60,788 bases of DNA from Arcobacter nitrofigilis (GTDB lineage Bacteria > Campylobacterota > Campylobacteria > Campylobacterales > Arcobacteraceae): positions 1 to 60,788 of the forward strand of contig DYJR01000001.1 of NCBI GenBank assembly GCA_020723015.1. Direction: 5' to 3'. Below, in pieces: positions 1-9,445 of this stretch. The notes below the pieces were generated by a model that was not told the origin of the DNA, ran no database searches, and was given only the letters and a program-made list of their open reading frames with translations. Each line of letters opens with the position of its first letter. The stretch's first letter is position 1. The translations under genes were made by a program, and so were the position numbers.

Positions 1-11
1 TCAAACCATAA

Positions 12-65
12 AGCACGCCCTAAAAAAGTTTAGCTGTTTAAGTTATTCTTTATAAGATGGTTTAT
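12..65 (-). repeat. Left copy of a 54-bp repeat, inverted relative to 60735..60788; probable end of a multicopy IS/MITE
   Basis: 51/54 identity with the reverse complement of the last 54 bp of the window; abuts the argB stop codon. Confidence 0.85.
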
Positions 66-919
66 CATTTTTGTAAAAACTGCGTTCCTATACCGTCACT
101 TGTAAATAACTCTAGCAAAATAGAGTGTTCTACTCTTCCATCTATAATATGAGCTTTTTGTACACCGTTGTATATAGCATCTATACAAGCATCAACTTTT
201 GGGATCATACCGCCTGCGATGGTTCCGTCTGCTTTATATCTCTCCACATCATCACGATCAAGCGAGTTTAGTAAATTCTTCTCTTTATCCAGTACACCTA
301 CGGTATCCGTTAAAAACAATACTTTTTTTGCTTTTAGTGCAATAGCCACTTTACTTGCAGCAATATCTGCATTTATATTAAAACCTGGATGATTCGGTAA
401 TGCACTATCTGCTATAGGTGCAATAACAGGGATAAATTTTTCTGCAATAAGATTGAGTATAACATCTGCTTTAACATGACTTATGCTTCCGGTGTATCCA
501 AATCTTCCGTTATCTTTTGCCACCGCTTTAATACAACTTGAATCTTTACCGCTTATACCTATTGCCTTTGCACCGTGATGATTTAGAAGCGAAGTTATAT
601 TTTTATTAATTTCACCGCTTAAAACCATCTCCACAACTTTCATACTCTCTTCACAAGTAACCCTATGACCGTCGACAAATTCAGATTTAATATCAAGCTT
701 TGCTAAAAGTTCATTAATTTTTGGTCCGCCTCCGTGAACTATAACCGGTTTTATTCCAACCAAAGATAAAAGAACTATGTCTTGAGCAAATTTATCCCTA
801 AGTTCAGGCGTAAGCTGAGCTGCACCGCCGTATTTGATAACAACTATTTCACCGCTAAACTCTTTAATATAAGGTAAAGCATCAAGAAGGGTTTTTACTT
901 GAGCAGACTTTTTTTGCAT
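65..919 (-). CDS. argB: Acetylglutamate kinase
   Basis: VIKYGG, VHGGGP, NINAD and GGMIPKV motifs. Confidence 0.97.
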   Translation of the reverse strand: MQKKSAQVKTLLDALPYIKEFSGEIVVIKYGGAAQLTPELRDKFAQDIVLLSLVGIKPVIVHGGGPKINELLAKLDIKSEFVDGHRVTCEESMKVVEMVLSGEINKNITSLLNHHGAKAIGISGKDSSCIKAVAKDNGRFGYTGSISHVKADVILNLIAEKFIPVIAPIADSALPNHPGFNINADIAASKVAIALKAKKVLFLTDTVGVLDKEKNLLNSLDRDDVERYKADGTIAGGMIPKVDACIDAIYNGVQKAHIIDGRVEHSILLELFTSDGIGTQFLQK

Positions 920-1029
920 GACATGTCTCCGTTTTAAAAGTTCAATATTATACTCAAAAACTAATAAAAAACTAATAATACATCACGAAGTGATTCAATA
1001 GTTATTAATTGTTAGTTATTAACCATTAA

Positions 1030-3147
1030 TTAAAATTCTAGAGTTCCGTCTATTGAGAAGTTTGCACGAGAATCAAGCTCAGCATGACTAAGAACTGCCA
1101 CATCAAGACCGAATTTCTCGAAAATTTCAGATATTCTTTTTCTTAAAAGAGGGTCAACGACCATAACAACTTTTGATACGCCGTTCGCCTCGACTTTTTG
1201 CACAAGCTCTTTTGTTTTTGTAACAAGGCTATTTATCTCACCTATACTCAAAAGCAACTGTGTTACACCGTGTTGCTCCTTTAATTTGGTAATAAACTGT
1301 TGTTCAAGCTCCGGTTTTATCGTAATAATATGTAAAACACCGTCATTATTCTTGAACTTCTCCGTAATAAGTCTAAATAGCTTTGCCCTTACATGTTCAA
1401 CCAATACGTCCGGAACCCTTGTATATTCAGATATATCTGCCACAGACTCTATAATAGTAAGCATATCTACAATAGGTATTTTTTCATGTAAAAGCTCTTT
1501 ACAAACTTTTAATAAAGTACCGTAACTTGTTACCTTCATAGCTTCATCTATAACTACAGGGAAGTCTTTTTTAAGTTTATCAATAATATCGACGATATCT
1601 TGTCTTGTAATAATATCTTCTGCATGTTTTTTGATAATTTCACTAATATGGGTAGATATAATCGTAGGGGCATCAACTACCGTATAACCTTTCATTAAAG
1701 CATCCTCTTTTTGCTCAGGGTTTATCCATACCGCATCAAGTCCGAATACAGGTTCTTTTACTTTTTTACCTTCAAGTTTCTGTCCGCTTAATCCACCCAT
1801 TGCAAGAAGTTTATCAACCTCTACATTACCTTTTGCAATATTAATCCGTTTTAATTGTAAAGCATATTGGTTATACTCAAGTCCGGCATCATCGGAAATT
1901 TTAATTTGCGGTACTATAAAACCAAGTTCGGCAGCGATAGTTTTTCTAATACCCCTAATCTTATCAAGTAATTCATTATCACCTTGAAGTAGTTTGAGTA
2001 GTCTAATACCTAATTTAAGTTCTAAAATATCCATTTTCATAATATTTTCTAAAACTTCAGTTTCATTAGGTTTTGTAGCTTTTAGTTTTTGTTCTTTTAA
2101 CTCTTCTACACTTGCAACCGCACTTTTTTTCTTTTGTACAGGTGTTGTTTGAAAAAATCTGGTAATAGCATTATCTTGTTTTTGTTCTATCATATAGATA
2201 GTATATCCTGCAAAAATCAATATAAAACCTATTAAGAATAGTATTCCCGTAGGAAAACCAGGTAACAATCCGAATAACACGAGTGCCAAACCTACAAGTA
2301 TCAAAGATTTACTATCTTTTACAAGTTGTGCAATAGACTGATTTGCAAATCTCTCTTCATCCATATTTGAACGTGTTATTATAATAGCAGTAGCAGTAGA
2401 TAAAATAAGTGCAGGGATTTGTGCTACAAGACCGTCACCTATGGTTAAAATAGTATATATCTCACCGCTTTCCGACACCGTCAAATCGTGTTGGAATACA
2501 CCTATCAAAAGTCCACCTATAAGGTTTACCAATGTAATGATAATACCTGCAACGGCATCACCTTTTACAAATTTACTAGACCCGTCCATTGCTCCGTAAA
2601 AATTTGCTTCACTAATAAGCTCACGTCTTCTTTTTTGTGCTTCTTTATCATCTATAAAACCTGCATTCAAATCGGCATCAATAGCCATTTGTTTACCCGG
2701 CATGGAGTCTAACGTAAATCTTGCTGTTACCTCTGCAACCCTTGTAGCACCCTTTGTTACAACCATAAAGTTGATAAGTACAAGTATAATAAATACTATA
2801 ATACCGATTACTAAATTACCGCCGACAACAAATTCCCCAAAAGATGCAATAATAGAACTAACGGCGTCAGGCCCGTTATGCCCCTCACTTAAAATTGACC
2901 TTGTCGTGGCTATATTCAATGCCAATCTAAAAAGTGCCAAAATCAAGATAAGTGTCGGGAAGGTGGTCAGGTCGGATGGTTTTTGAATATACAAAGAAAT
3001 CAATAAAATAAGTAAAGATAAGGATAAAGATATTGCCAAAAAGAAATCAAGTGCAGTTTGCGGCAACGGAACTATAATAATAGTTAGAATTGCGACAAAA
3101 AGTGCAACCGTAATTAAATCTTTTGAAAATATCCTTTTAATATCCAT
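1030..3147 (-). CDS. flhA: Flagellar export gate protein FlhA
   Basis: RVAEVTARFTLDSMPGKQMAIDAD and FYGAMDG FHIPEP signatures; multiple TM segments. Confidence 0.97.
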   Translation of the reverse strand: MDIKRIFSKDLITVALFVAILTIIIVPLPQTALDFFLAISLSLSLLILLISLYIQKPSDLTTFPTLILILALFRLALNIATTRSILSEGHNGPDAVSSIIASFGEFVVGGNLVIGIIVFIILVLINFMVVTKGATRVAEVTARFTLDSMPGKQMAIDADLNAGFIDDKEAQKRRRELISEANFYGAMDGSSKFVKGDAVAGIIITLVNLIGGLLIGVFQHDLTVSESGEIYTILTIGDGLVAQIPALILSTATAIIITRSNMDEERFANQSIAQLVKDSKSLILVGLALVLFGLLPGFPTGILFLIGFILIFAGYTIYMIEQKQDNAITRFFQTTPVQKKKSAVASVEELKEQKLKATKPNETEVLENIMKMDILELKLGIRLLKLLQGDNELLDKIRGIRKTIAAELGFIVPQIKISDDAGLEYNQYALQLKRINIAKGNVEVDKLLAMGGLSGQKLEGKKVKEPVFGLDAVWINPEQKEDALMKGYTVVDAPTIISTHISEIIKKHAEDIITRQDIVDIIDKLKKDFPVVIDEAMKVTSYGTLLKVCKELLHEKIPIVDMLTIIESVADISEYTRVPDVLVEHVRAKLFRLITEKFKNNDGVLHIITIKPELEQQFITKLKEQHGVTQLLLSIGEINSLVTKTKELVQKVEANGVSKVVMVVDPLLRKRISEIFEKFGLDVAVLSHAELDSRANFSIDGTLEF

Positions 3148-3164
3148 TAAGTTCTAATGTACCT

Positions 3165-4319
3165 TTATTGTACAAACTTAATCAATGACAAATCATTCAT
3201 CTTTGATATTGTCGTATAAAGTGCAGAATAAGTCATTTCTAAAGCCTTAGATTCCATAGCAACTTTTGCCAAATCTGCACCGGCAGTATCTTGATACAAA
3301 ATATTAAAATGGGTAAGCTGTGTTTTTACATTGTCTAAAGCATTGTTAAATATATTATTTCTAGCACCTAGCTTTGCATGAGCAACATTTGCTGCATCAT
3401 ACGCACCTTTTATAGTATCAAGTTTAGTTCTAACTATCTCATCTTGCACGGAAGCATCTGTTATACTAGAACCATCTGTGTTATAACCTTTTAATGCCGA
3501 TATTACAACATTCATATCATCGAAAAAGTTTCTTTTCGCTTCCAAAAGCGTTCCTGATTGAGGAATAGGGTCTGTAGTATAAGTACCGTCTCCATTATCC
3601 GTAACAGGTATAGTATTAGTAGTTGCGTCGCCGTTAATATCATACTGCACTAAATTCGCACCAACTACTTTCCACTCTAAACCGCTACCGTCAACTATCC
3701 TATCATCGCTATTGAAAGTCAAGCTATTACCTGTAATCGCACTATCCGTAGTATAGAACATTATATCAAAACCCGTTACCCCTCTATCTCTATAATTGTT
3801 TGGAGCAACAGATATTTGTCTTAATATTCCATCACCTTCATATGTTATTTTACCGTAATCAGGATCCCCGATAACATCGAAATTATCAGCTTTTTTAAAC
3901 GGTTGAATCGTAGTATCCGAACCACTAAAAAGATATTCCCCGTCAACCGTTTCATTTAAGAGCATATACATATTATCTCTTAAACCCTCTAATGCAGTCG
4001 CAACAGACTTTTTATCACTCATATCCATACCTGCATTTAAAGATTTTAGCATCTCCATTTTAGTATCTTCAAGATTTGTTTTAATCTGATTTATCGAAAT
4101 ATCTGATACGTTATTATAAGCCGTAGTTTTCTCTATTTGAGTTTTAAGACCTTCATAAACTCTTATTCTATCGCTTATATGAAGTTCTTTAGAAAAAACA
4201 ACACTATCATCGCTACCACGTTCTAGTATTTTACCGGAAGACATTTGATAGCTTACTCTTCTATACTCTTCATTAAGGTTTCCCAACCTATACATCATTT
4301 GGTCTGATAAATTAATCAT
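3165..4319 (-). CDS. flgL: Hook-associated protein 3 FlgL
   Basis: Flagellin-like termini (SSGK..SDDS, GEYLFSG, LSLIKF); cluster context. Confidence 0.88.
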   Translation of the reverse strand: MINLSDQMMYRLGNLNEEYRRVSYQMSSGKILERGSDDSVVFSKELHISDRIRVYEGLKTQIEKTTAYNNVSDISINQIKTNLEDTKMEMLKSLNAGMDMSDKKSVATALEGLRDNMYMLLNETVDGEYLFSGSDTTIQPFKKADNFDVIGDPDYGKITYEGDGILRQISVAPNNYRDRGVTGFDIMFYTTDSAITGNSLTFNSDDRIVDGSGLEWKVVGANLVQYDINGDATTNTIPVTDNGDGTYTTDPIPQSGTLLEAKRNFFDDMNVVISALKGYNTDGSSITDASVQDEIVRTKLDTIKGAYDAANVAHAKLGARNNIFNNALDNVKTQLTHFNILYQDTAGADLAKVAMESKALEMTYSALYTTISKMNDLSLIKFVQ

Positions 4320-5623
4320 AATACTACCTCCTTCAGGAGCTTCACGATTGTATCGTAATCATACTTTTGCTCTTGGGACTGTGATAAGAAAGCTATTATC
4401 CTCTCTTTTTTGGCTAAAGCCTCATCAAGTTCTCTATCCATACCAGTCTTATAAGCGCCTACACGAACAAGCACTTCATTTTCTTTTATAAGAGATAATA
4501 CCTTTTTTAACTTTAAAAAACAATTATAATGATCTTTTAATACAACTTTATCCATAACTCTTGAGGCAGACTGTAAAACATCTATAGGTGGATATATACC
4601 GCTTTGGGTCAATTCTCTTGTCAAAACAATATGCCCGTCAAGTATAGACCTACTTTGGTCTGCTATCGGATCATTCATGTCGTCACCATCAACCAAAACG
4701 GTAAAAAATGCCGTAATAGAGCCTAATTTATTGTTTCCTGCCCTTTCCATGAGTTGTGGCAAGAGTGCAAAAACAGACGGCGGATACCCACGGCTAACAG
4801 GTGGTTCACCGGTACTTAGACCGATCTCCCGTTGAGCCATTGCAAATCTTGTAACACTATCCATAATAAGCAATACGTCATGCCCACGGTCACGGAAAAA
4901 TTCCGCAATAGCCATAGCGGTAAATGCACCGTATTTTCTCATCAAAGACGACTCATCGCTTGTTGCGGCAACAATTACTGTATTTTCAAGGTTTCCTTCT
5001 AAATTGTAATGTATAAATTCAGGGATCTCACGTCCCCTTTCACCTATTAGTGCAATAACTTTTATTTGTGCTTGACACCCTTTTACAATCATACCCATTA
5101 AAGTAGATTTACCGACACCGCTTCCCGCAAAAATACCTACTTTTTGACCTTTACCGCTAGTTAGCATAGAATCTATTGCCTTAACACCCGTAGCAAATAC
5201 TTGATTGATTACCCCTCTATCAAGAGCAGGGATACTCGGTTTATTAAGATGTTCGTTAAAAGGTACGTCGTAAAGTTTTCCAGCCCCGTCTATAGGCTCG
5301 CCAAGGGCATTCAAAACACGCCCTAAAAGACCATAACCACATTTAACGCTTAACCCCTCACGCTGTAAAAAAACTCTGTCATTTATCCTAAAGCCGTCTA
5401 CAAAAGAAAACGGTACTATTTTGAAATTTTCTCCATCAATACCGGTAACCATTCCAAGAACTTTATAAAGATTTTGCTCGGATTCTATCCTAACGGTATC
5501 TCCTATCGCCACATCAATACCGTTTGCCGTAATGGTCGTGGCAGTAATATTTTTAATCCTTCCAAAAGGTATTACAAGCATTGAACTATCAAGAGATTCT
5601 ATATATTTTTCAAAATCAACCAT
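4316..5623 (-). CDS. fliI: Flagellar export ATPase FliI
   Basis: AGSGVGKST Walker A, MDSVTRFAMAQRE, GEPP..GYPPS. Confidence 0.97.
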   Translation of the reverse strand: MVDFEKYIESLDSSMLVIPFGRIKNITATTITANGIDVAIGDTVRIESEQNLYKVLGMVTGIDGENFKIVPFSFVDGFRINDRVFLQREGLSVKCGYGLLGRVLNALGEPIDGAGKLYDVPFNEHLNKPSIPALDRGVINQVFATGVKAIDSMLTSGKGQKVGIFAGSGVGKSTLMGMIVKGCQAQIKVIALIGERGREIPEFIHYNLEGNLENTVIVAATSDESSLMRKYGAFTAMAIAEFFRDRGHDVLLIMDSVTRFAMAQREIGLSTGEPPVSRGYPPSVFALLPQLMERAGNNKLGSITAFFTVLVDGDDMNDPIADQSRSILDGHIVLTRELTQSGIYPPIDVLQSASRVMDKVVLKDHYNCFLKLKKVLSLIKENEVLVRVGAYKTGMDRELDEALAKKERIIAFLSQSQEQKYDYDTIVKLLKEVVL

Positions 5624-7617
5624 TACAATCTTCTACACATTTGTTGATATAAATTATCTTGAAGTCCTTCAACTTCAACACATTTCTTAACAAATTCATC
5701 CATTAAGTTTTTTTGTTCTGTTAACTTGTAAATTTTTGCTTTTTCGTAATATAACTGAACCAACATATCTTTTCTTATATACCTACTCTTTTCAAAACCT
5801 TCATTCAATAATGCTAATGCTTTTTGAAAATTCTTTTTTTCAGTTTCGTATTTAGCAAGTTCCATCTCTACAAAAGGTGAATATACCCTAGCTTTAAACT
5901 CCACTTGCTTGTCATTAAACTTGGTTAAAATATCATAAGCCTCTTTTTTTAAGCCTTTATCTAATAGATAAAAATAGTATCTATAATAAAAATCAATTAT
6001 CAAAGGATTGTCAACATTACTTCGTATCAAATCAGGATTATTTAATGTATTTTGAAAAAACCTCTCCAATAAATATTTATCCCCTTTTTGACTTAAAATT
6101 AGAAATTTATATAAAAACTCCTTTTGCAAGATTTCTTGATTATTCAACATCTCAACTTTTAAGGACATATTATAAGCTTCATCCAAAAGTTCCAAATTCA
6201 TTGCAACTCTCTCTAGAGCTAGATATATATCGCCGTTTCTTGAACTATTAAAACTCTCTTTAGCTATAAAGAATGCTTGTTCATTTGGATAATCAATCAT
6301 ACATCTAAACAACTGCCCTGCAACTTTTTCATCCTCAATAACTATCTGGAAAGTTTCTGCTCTAGTATGTGTAAGAACCTCAGCCATCTCTTTACATAAA
6401 TCTTTTTCCAAATAATCTTTAATCATCTGTGCAGTAATAACATCAAACAAGGCATCTATGTTTTCATAACCGAATTTTTTTGTAATCATCGGAGGAATTT
6501 TATCATACACCTTTTTAGCACGTAATATATTTTCATAATCTTTGATTTCAGCTAAATTCAACAACTCTTGTAAAAGAACTTTCTGTTCCATAGAAAAAGA
6601 GTCATGGTATCGTTCGGCCAATACCATAGGTTCTATTCGTCTTTCTCTCATCAAAATTTCATCGATATACATTTTGGATTCTTTTGCGTATTTACCGTCT
6701 CTAAAATCATTATAAACCTCTTCAAACAAACCTTTTGCTTTCGGTAAATAATCACTACCAACGGTATACATATCCATATAAGAAACTGCTAAACGATATT
6801 TAAACTCTTCTATCAAAAACGGATTGTTTGTTTTTGACAAAATAGTTTCTAAAATCTTCGCAGCAAATTCAGGCATATTGTTTTCTTGAAGTTTTTTAAC
6901 CTTTTTCAACGCTTCAAAACTATTGTTTACATAGTATTCTATATTATTATCAACGACTTGCTTGATAAGTTTATAAGCTTTATCTGCTTGATTATTCAAT
7001 AAAAACACATCGAAAAGTTCATGGGCGACTATGGTAGCAACTTCTATATTTTTTGTTTTTGTTAAAATTTCATAAAGCATTCTAGTACTTTTATCAAAAT
7101 CTTTTTTATATGTGTATATTTTTGACTGATAAATTTTACCGTAAGCGTTAACCAAAGGGTCATCAAAACTTTTTGTTAACATATCGGCAAAATATTGTGC
7201 TTCATCTATTTTATTTATTTTCAGTAATAAATCAATCAATGTCATATAAGCTTGCGGTAAATCATCTTCATGCACCAAAGATGAGTTGATAGCTTTTTCT
7301 AAAAATATAGCTCCCTCTATTGCAAATCTTCTAGTATCTTTTTTAAGCATTATTTCACTTTTTAGCAAAATTATCGGTGATTTTAATATATCTACTTTGT
7401 TTGCCGATTCCATAGCTAATATCTGGTCATACGCCCTATCTACATCGCCCTCTTTTACCATATTCGATATAGAATTTAAACTATCATACCCATCCATTAT
7501 TTGTTTTCTTTGAGTATATGAGATTTGATTGCCTTCTATATCTATATAACTGTATTTAAAATCCTTCTCGGCATATAAAAAAAGTACAATCATACATACG
7601 CTAAATACTATTTTCAT
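5623..7617 (-). CDS. Exported TPR-like protein, probable PflA-like motor scaffold
   Basis: Signal peptide, all-helical TPR-like pattern, coupled between flhB and fliI. Confidence 0.55.
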   Translation of the reverse strand: MKIVFSVCMIVLFLYAEKDFKYSYIDIEGNQISYTQRKQIMDGYDSLNSISNMVKEGDVDRAYDQILAMESANKVDILKSPIILLKSEIMLKKDTRRFAIEGAIFLEKAINSSLVHEDDLPQAYMTLIDLLLKINKIDEAQYFADMLTKSFDDPLVNAYGKIYQSKIYTYKKDFDKSTRMLYEILTKTKNIEVATIVAHELFDVFLLNNQADKAYKLIKQVVDNNIEYYVNNSFEALKKVKKLQENNMPEFAAKILETILSKTNNPFLIEEFKYRLAVSYMDMYTVGSDYLPKAKGLFEEVYNDFRDGKYAKESKMYIDEILMRERRIEPMVLAERYHDSFSMEQKVLLQELLNLAEIKDYENILRAKKVYDKIPPMITKKFGYENIDALFDVITAQMIKDYLEKDLCKEMAEVLTHTRAETFQIVIEDEKVAGQLFRCMIDYPNEQAFFIAKESFNSSRNGDIYLALERVAMNLELLDEAYNMSLKVEMLNNQEILQKEFLYKFLILSQKGDKYLLERFFQNTLNNPDLIRSNVDNPLIIDFYYRYYFYLLDKGLKKEAYDILTKFNDKQVEFKARVYSPFVEMELAKYETEKKNFQKALALLNEGFEKSRYIRKDMLVQLYYEKAKIYKLTEQKNLMDEFVKKCVEVEGLQDNLYQQMCRRL

Positions 7618-8666
7618 CTCTTACCTTTTTTTAACTCATATACGTAACTAAATATCTCTGCCATAGCTTTATAAAAATCTTCAGGTATTTCTCTATCAAC
7701 ATCAACCTGAGTATAAATAGCTCTAGCCAAAGCAGGGTTTTCTACGATAGGGATATCATTATCCATAGCTATTTCTCTTATTCTTAATGCCAAGAAATCT
7801 ATACCTTTTGCAATCACCATAGGTGCAGAATTTTTTGTATTGTCATACTTCAATGCAACCGCATAATGGGTAGGATTTGTAATAACAACGTCAGCGTCAG
7901 GAACACTAGACATCATTCTCTTCATAGCCATTCTCATCTGAATCTGTCTGATTCTAGATTTGACTATAGGATCCCCTTCCATATTTTTATATTCATCTTT
8001 AATCTCTTGCTTACTCATTCTTAAAGACTTCATATAATAAAAATGTGTAAAATAATAGTCTATTATAGCAAAAATTATAATAATAAGCAAAATAGTTGAT
8101 AAAAAATATATCAAAAGTTCGTTTATTTCATCCAAAGTATTACTTAAACTTTTATCCATCATTTGCAAGATATCTACACCGAAAATAAAAAACAATACAA
8201 CCATCACGATGAAAATAATAGTTAATTTTACGGTTAATTTTAAAGCTTCTAATAGTTTTTTAAAACTAAATACGTTTTTAAGTCCGGTAATTGGGTTTAG
8301 CTTTTCAAATTTAAGTGAAATAGGAACTGATACCATGCCGAATTGAACAAGATTTGAAACTATCCCAAAAAATAATACCAAAATTAAGAATGGGAATAAA
8401 GCATAAATCATTGACTCAAAAATATGAGCTATAATCTTCAAATAAGTCGAAGAATCCATTTCTTGCCCAATAAAGGAGTACACATACAACATCATTCTCT
8501 GAATTTCATTAAGTAAGAATTTTGAAAAAAACAATAAGAATAATGTACCGAAAAATAGCACCGTAGCACTTACTACTTCCATAGATTTTGGAACATTACC
8601 CTCATTCTTGGCATCTTCTATCTTCTTGGAGGTGGGTTCTTCGGTTTTTTCTTCATCATCAGCCAT
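7614..8666 (-). CDS. flhB: Export specificity switch FlhB
   Basis: EKTEEPT start, NPTH autocleavage motif, EGDP. Confidence 0.97.
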   Translation of the reverse strand: MADDEEKTEEPTSKKIEDAKNEGNVPKSMEVVSATVLFFGTLFLLFFSKFLLNEIQRMMLYVYSFIGQEMDSSTYLKIIAHIFESMIYALFPFLILVLFFGIVSNLVQFGMVSVPISLKFEKLNPITGLKNVFSFKKLLEALKLTVKLTIIFIVMVVLFFIFGVDILQMMDKSLSNTLDEINELLIYFLSTILLIIIIFAIIDYYFTHFYYMKSLRMSKQEIKDEYKNMEGDPIVKSRIRQIQMRMAMKRMMSSVPDADVVITNPTHYAVALKYDNTKNSAPMVIAKGIDFLALRIREIAMDNDIPIVENPALARAIYTQVDVDREIPEDFYKAMAEIFSYVYELKKGKR

Positions 8667-8679
8667 ATACTATCCCTAC

Positions 8680-9432
8680 CTAATAACTAAACATCTCTAT
8701 AAAATATTCTCTAAATGCATTCAATAACATCTCCATACCGAACATCATAAATAAAAAAATCAATGCGAATTTCAACTGAAATGTTATAACAAACGGTGAA
8801 AATGCAGGCATTGACTTAGTACCGTACCCATAATAAACATCCAATATAAATGCAATAAAAAACAGTGGAAATGCTATTGCAAATGCAAAGGCAAACATCC
8901 TTTTTATCTCTTCTATGGCAATAGATATTCCATCGAAGCTATATAAATTAAATGTACCTAACTCAACCATATTAAAGCTAGTAGATAGCATCAAAAGAGT
9001 TGTTTCATACATTCCAGTCTGGAAAAAAAATAATATAGCAATAATATACAAAAATCTACTCACGACACTCTCTTGAGTTCCACTTGCCGGATCAAACATA
9101 TTTGCCATTGATAAAGCCGTAGCATAAGCCACCAAATCCCCTATAATTCTAACTGCGGAAAATAAAACCGTAAAAAACATAGAGCCTATAAGCCCTAAAG
9201 TAATCTCACCCAAAATACCGTCTATAAAATTACTTTGCGTTATATCAGGATTTATTTTGATTATAGGAAATAAAAAAATTGCTAAGAAAAATGCAAAAGA
9301 GACCCTTATAGTAGGGTTAACACTAGTGTGACCGAAAATAGGCATAAAAGCAACAAATGCCAAAACTCTAGCAAGTAACATAAGAAAATTGTATAATGTG
9401 GTTTCATCCAATAAAGAGATTAGTTCTTGCAT
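8680..9432 (-). CDS. fliR: Flagellar biosynthesis protein FliR
   Basis: Hydrophobic 250 aa; LARV..F..MPIF, GEITLG, ANMFDP; next to flhB. Confidence 0.9.
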   Translation of the reverse strand: MQELISLLDETTLYNFLMLLARVLAFVAFMPIFGHTSVNPTIRVSFAFFLAIFLFPIIKINPDITQSNFIDGILGEITLGLIGSMFFTVLFSAVRIIGDLVAYATALSMANMFDPASGTQESVVSRFLYIIAILFFFQTGMYETTLLMLSTSFNMVELGTFNLYSFDGISIAIEEIKRMFAFAFAIAFPLFFIAFILDVYYGYGTKSMPAFSPFVITFQLKFALIFLFMMFGMEMLLNAFREYFIEMFSY

Positions 9433-9445
9433 ATTTACTCGATAC

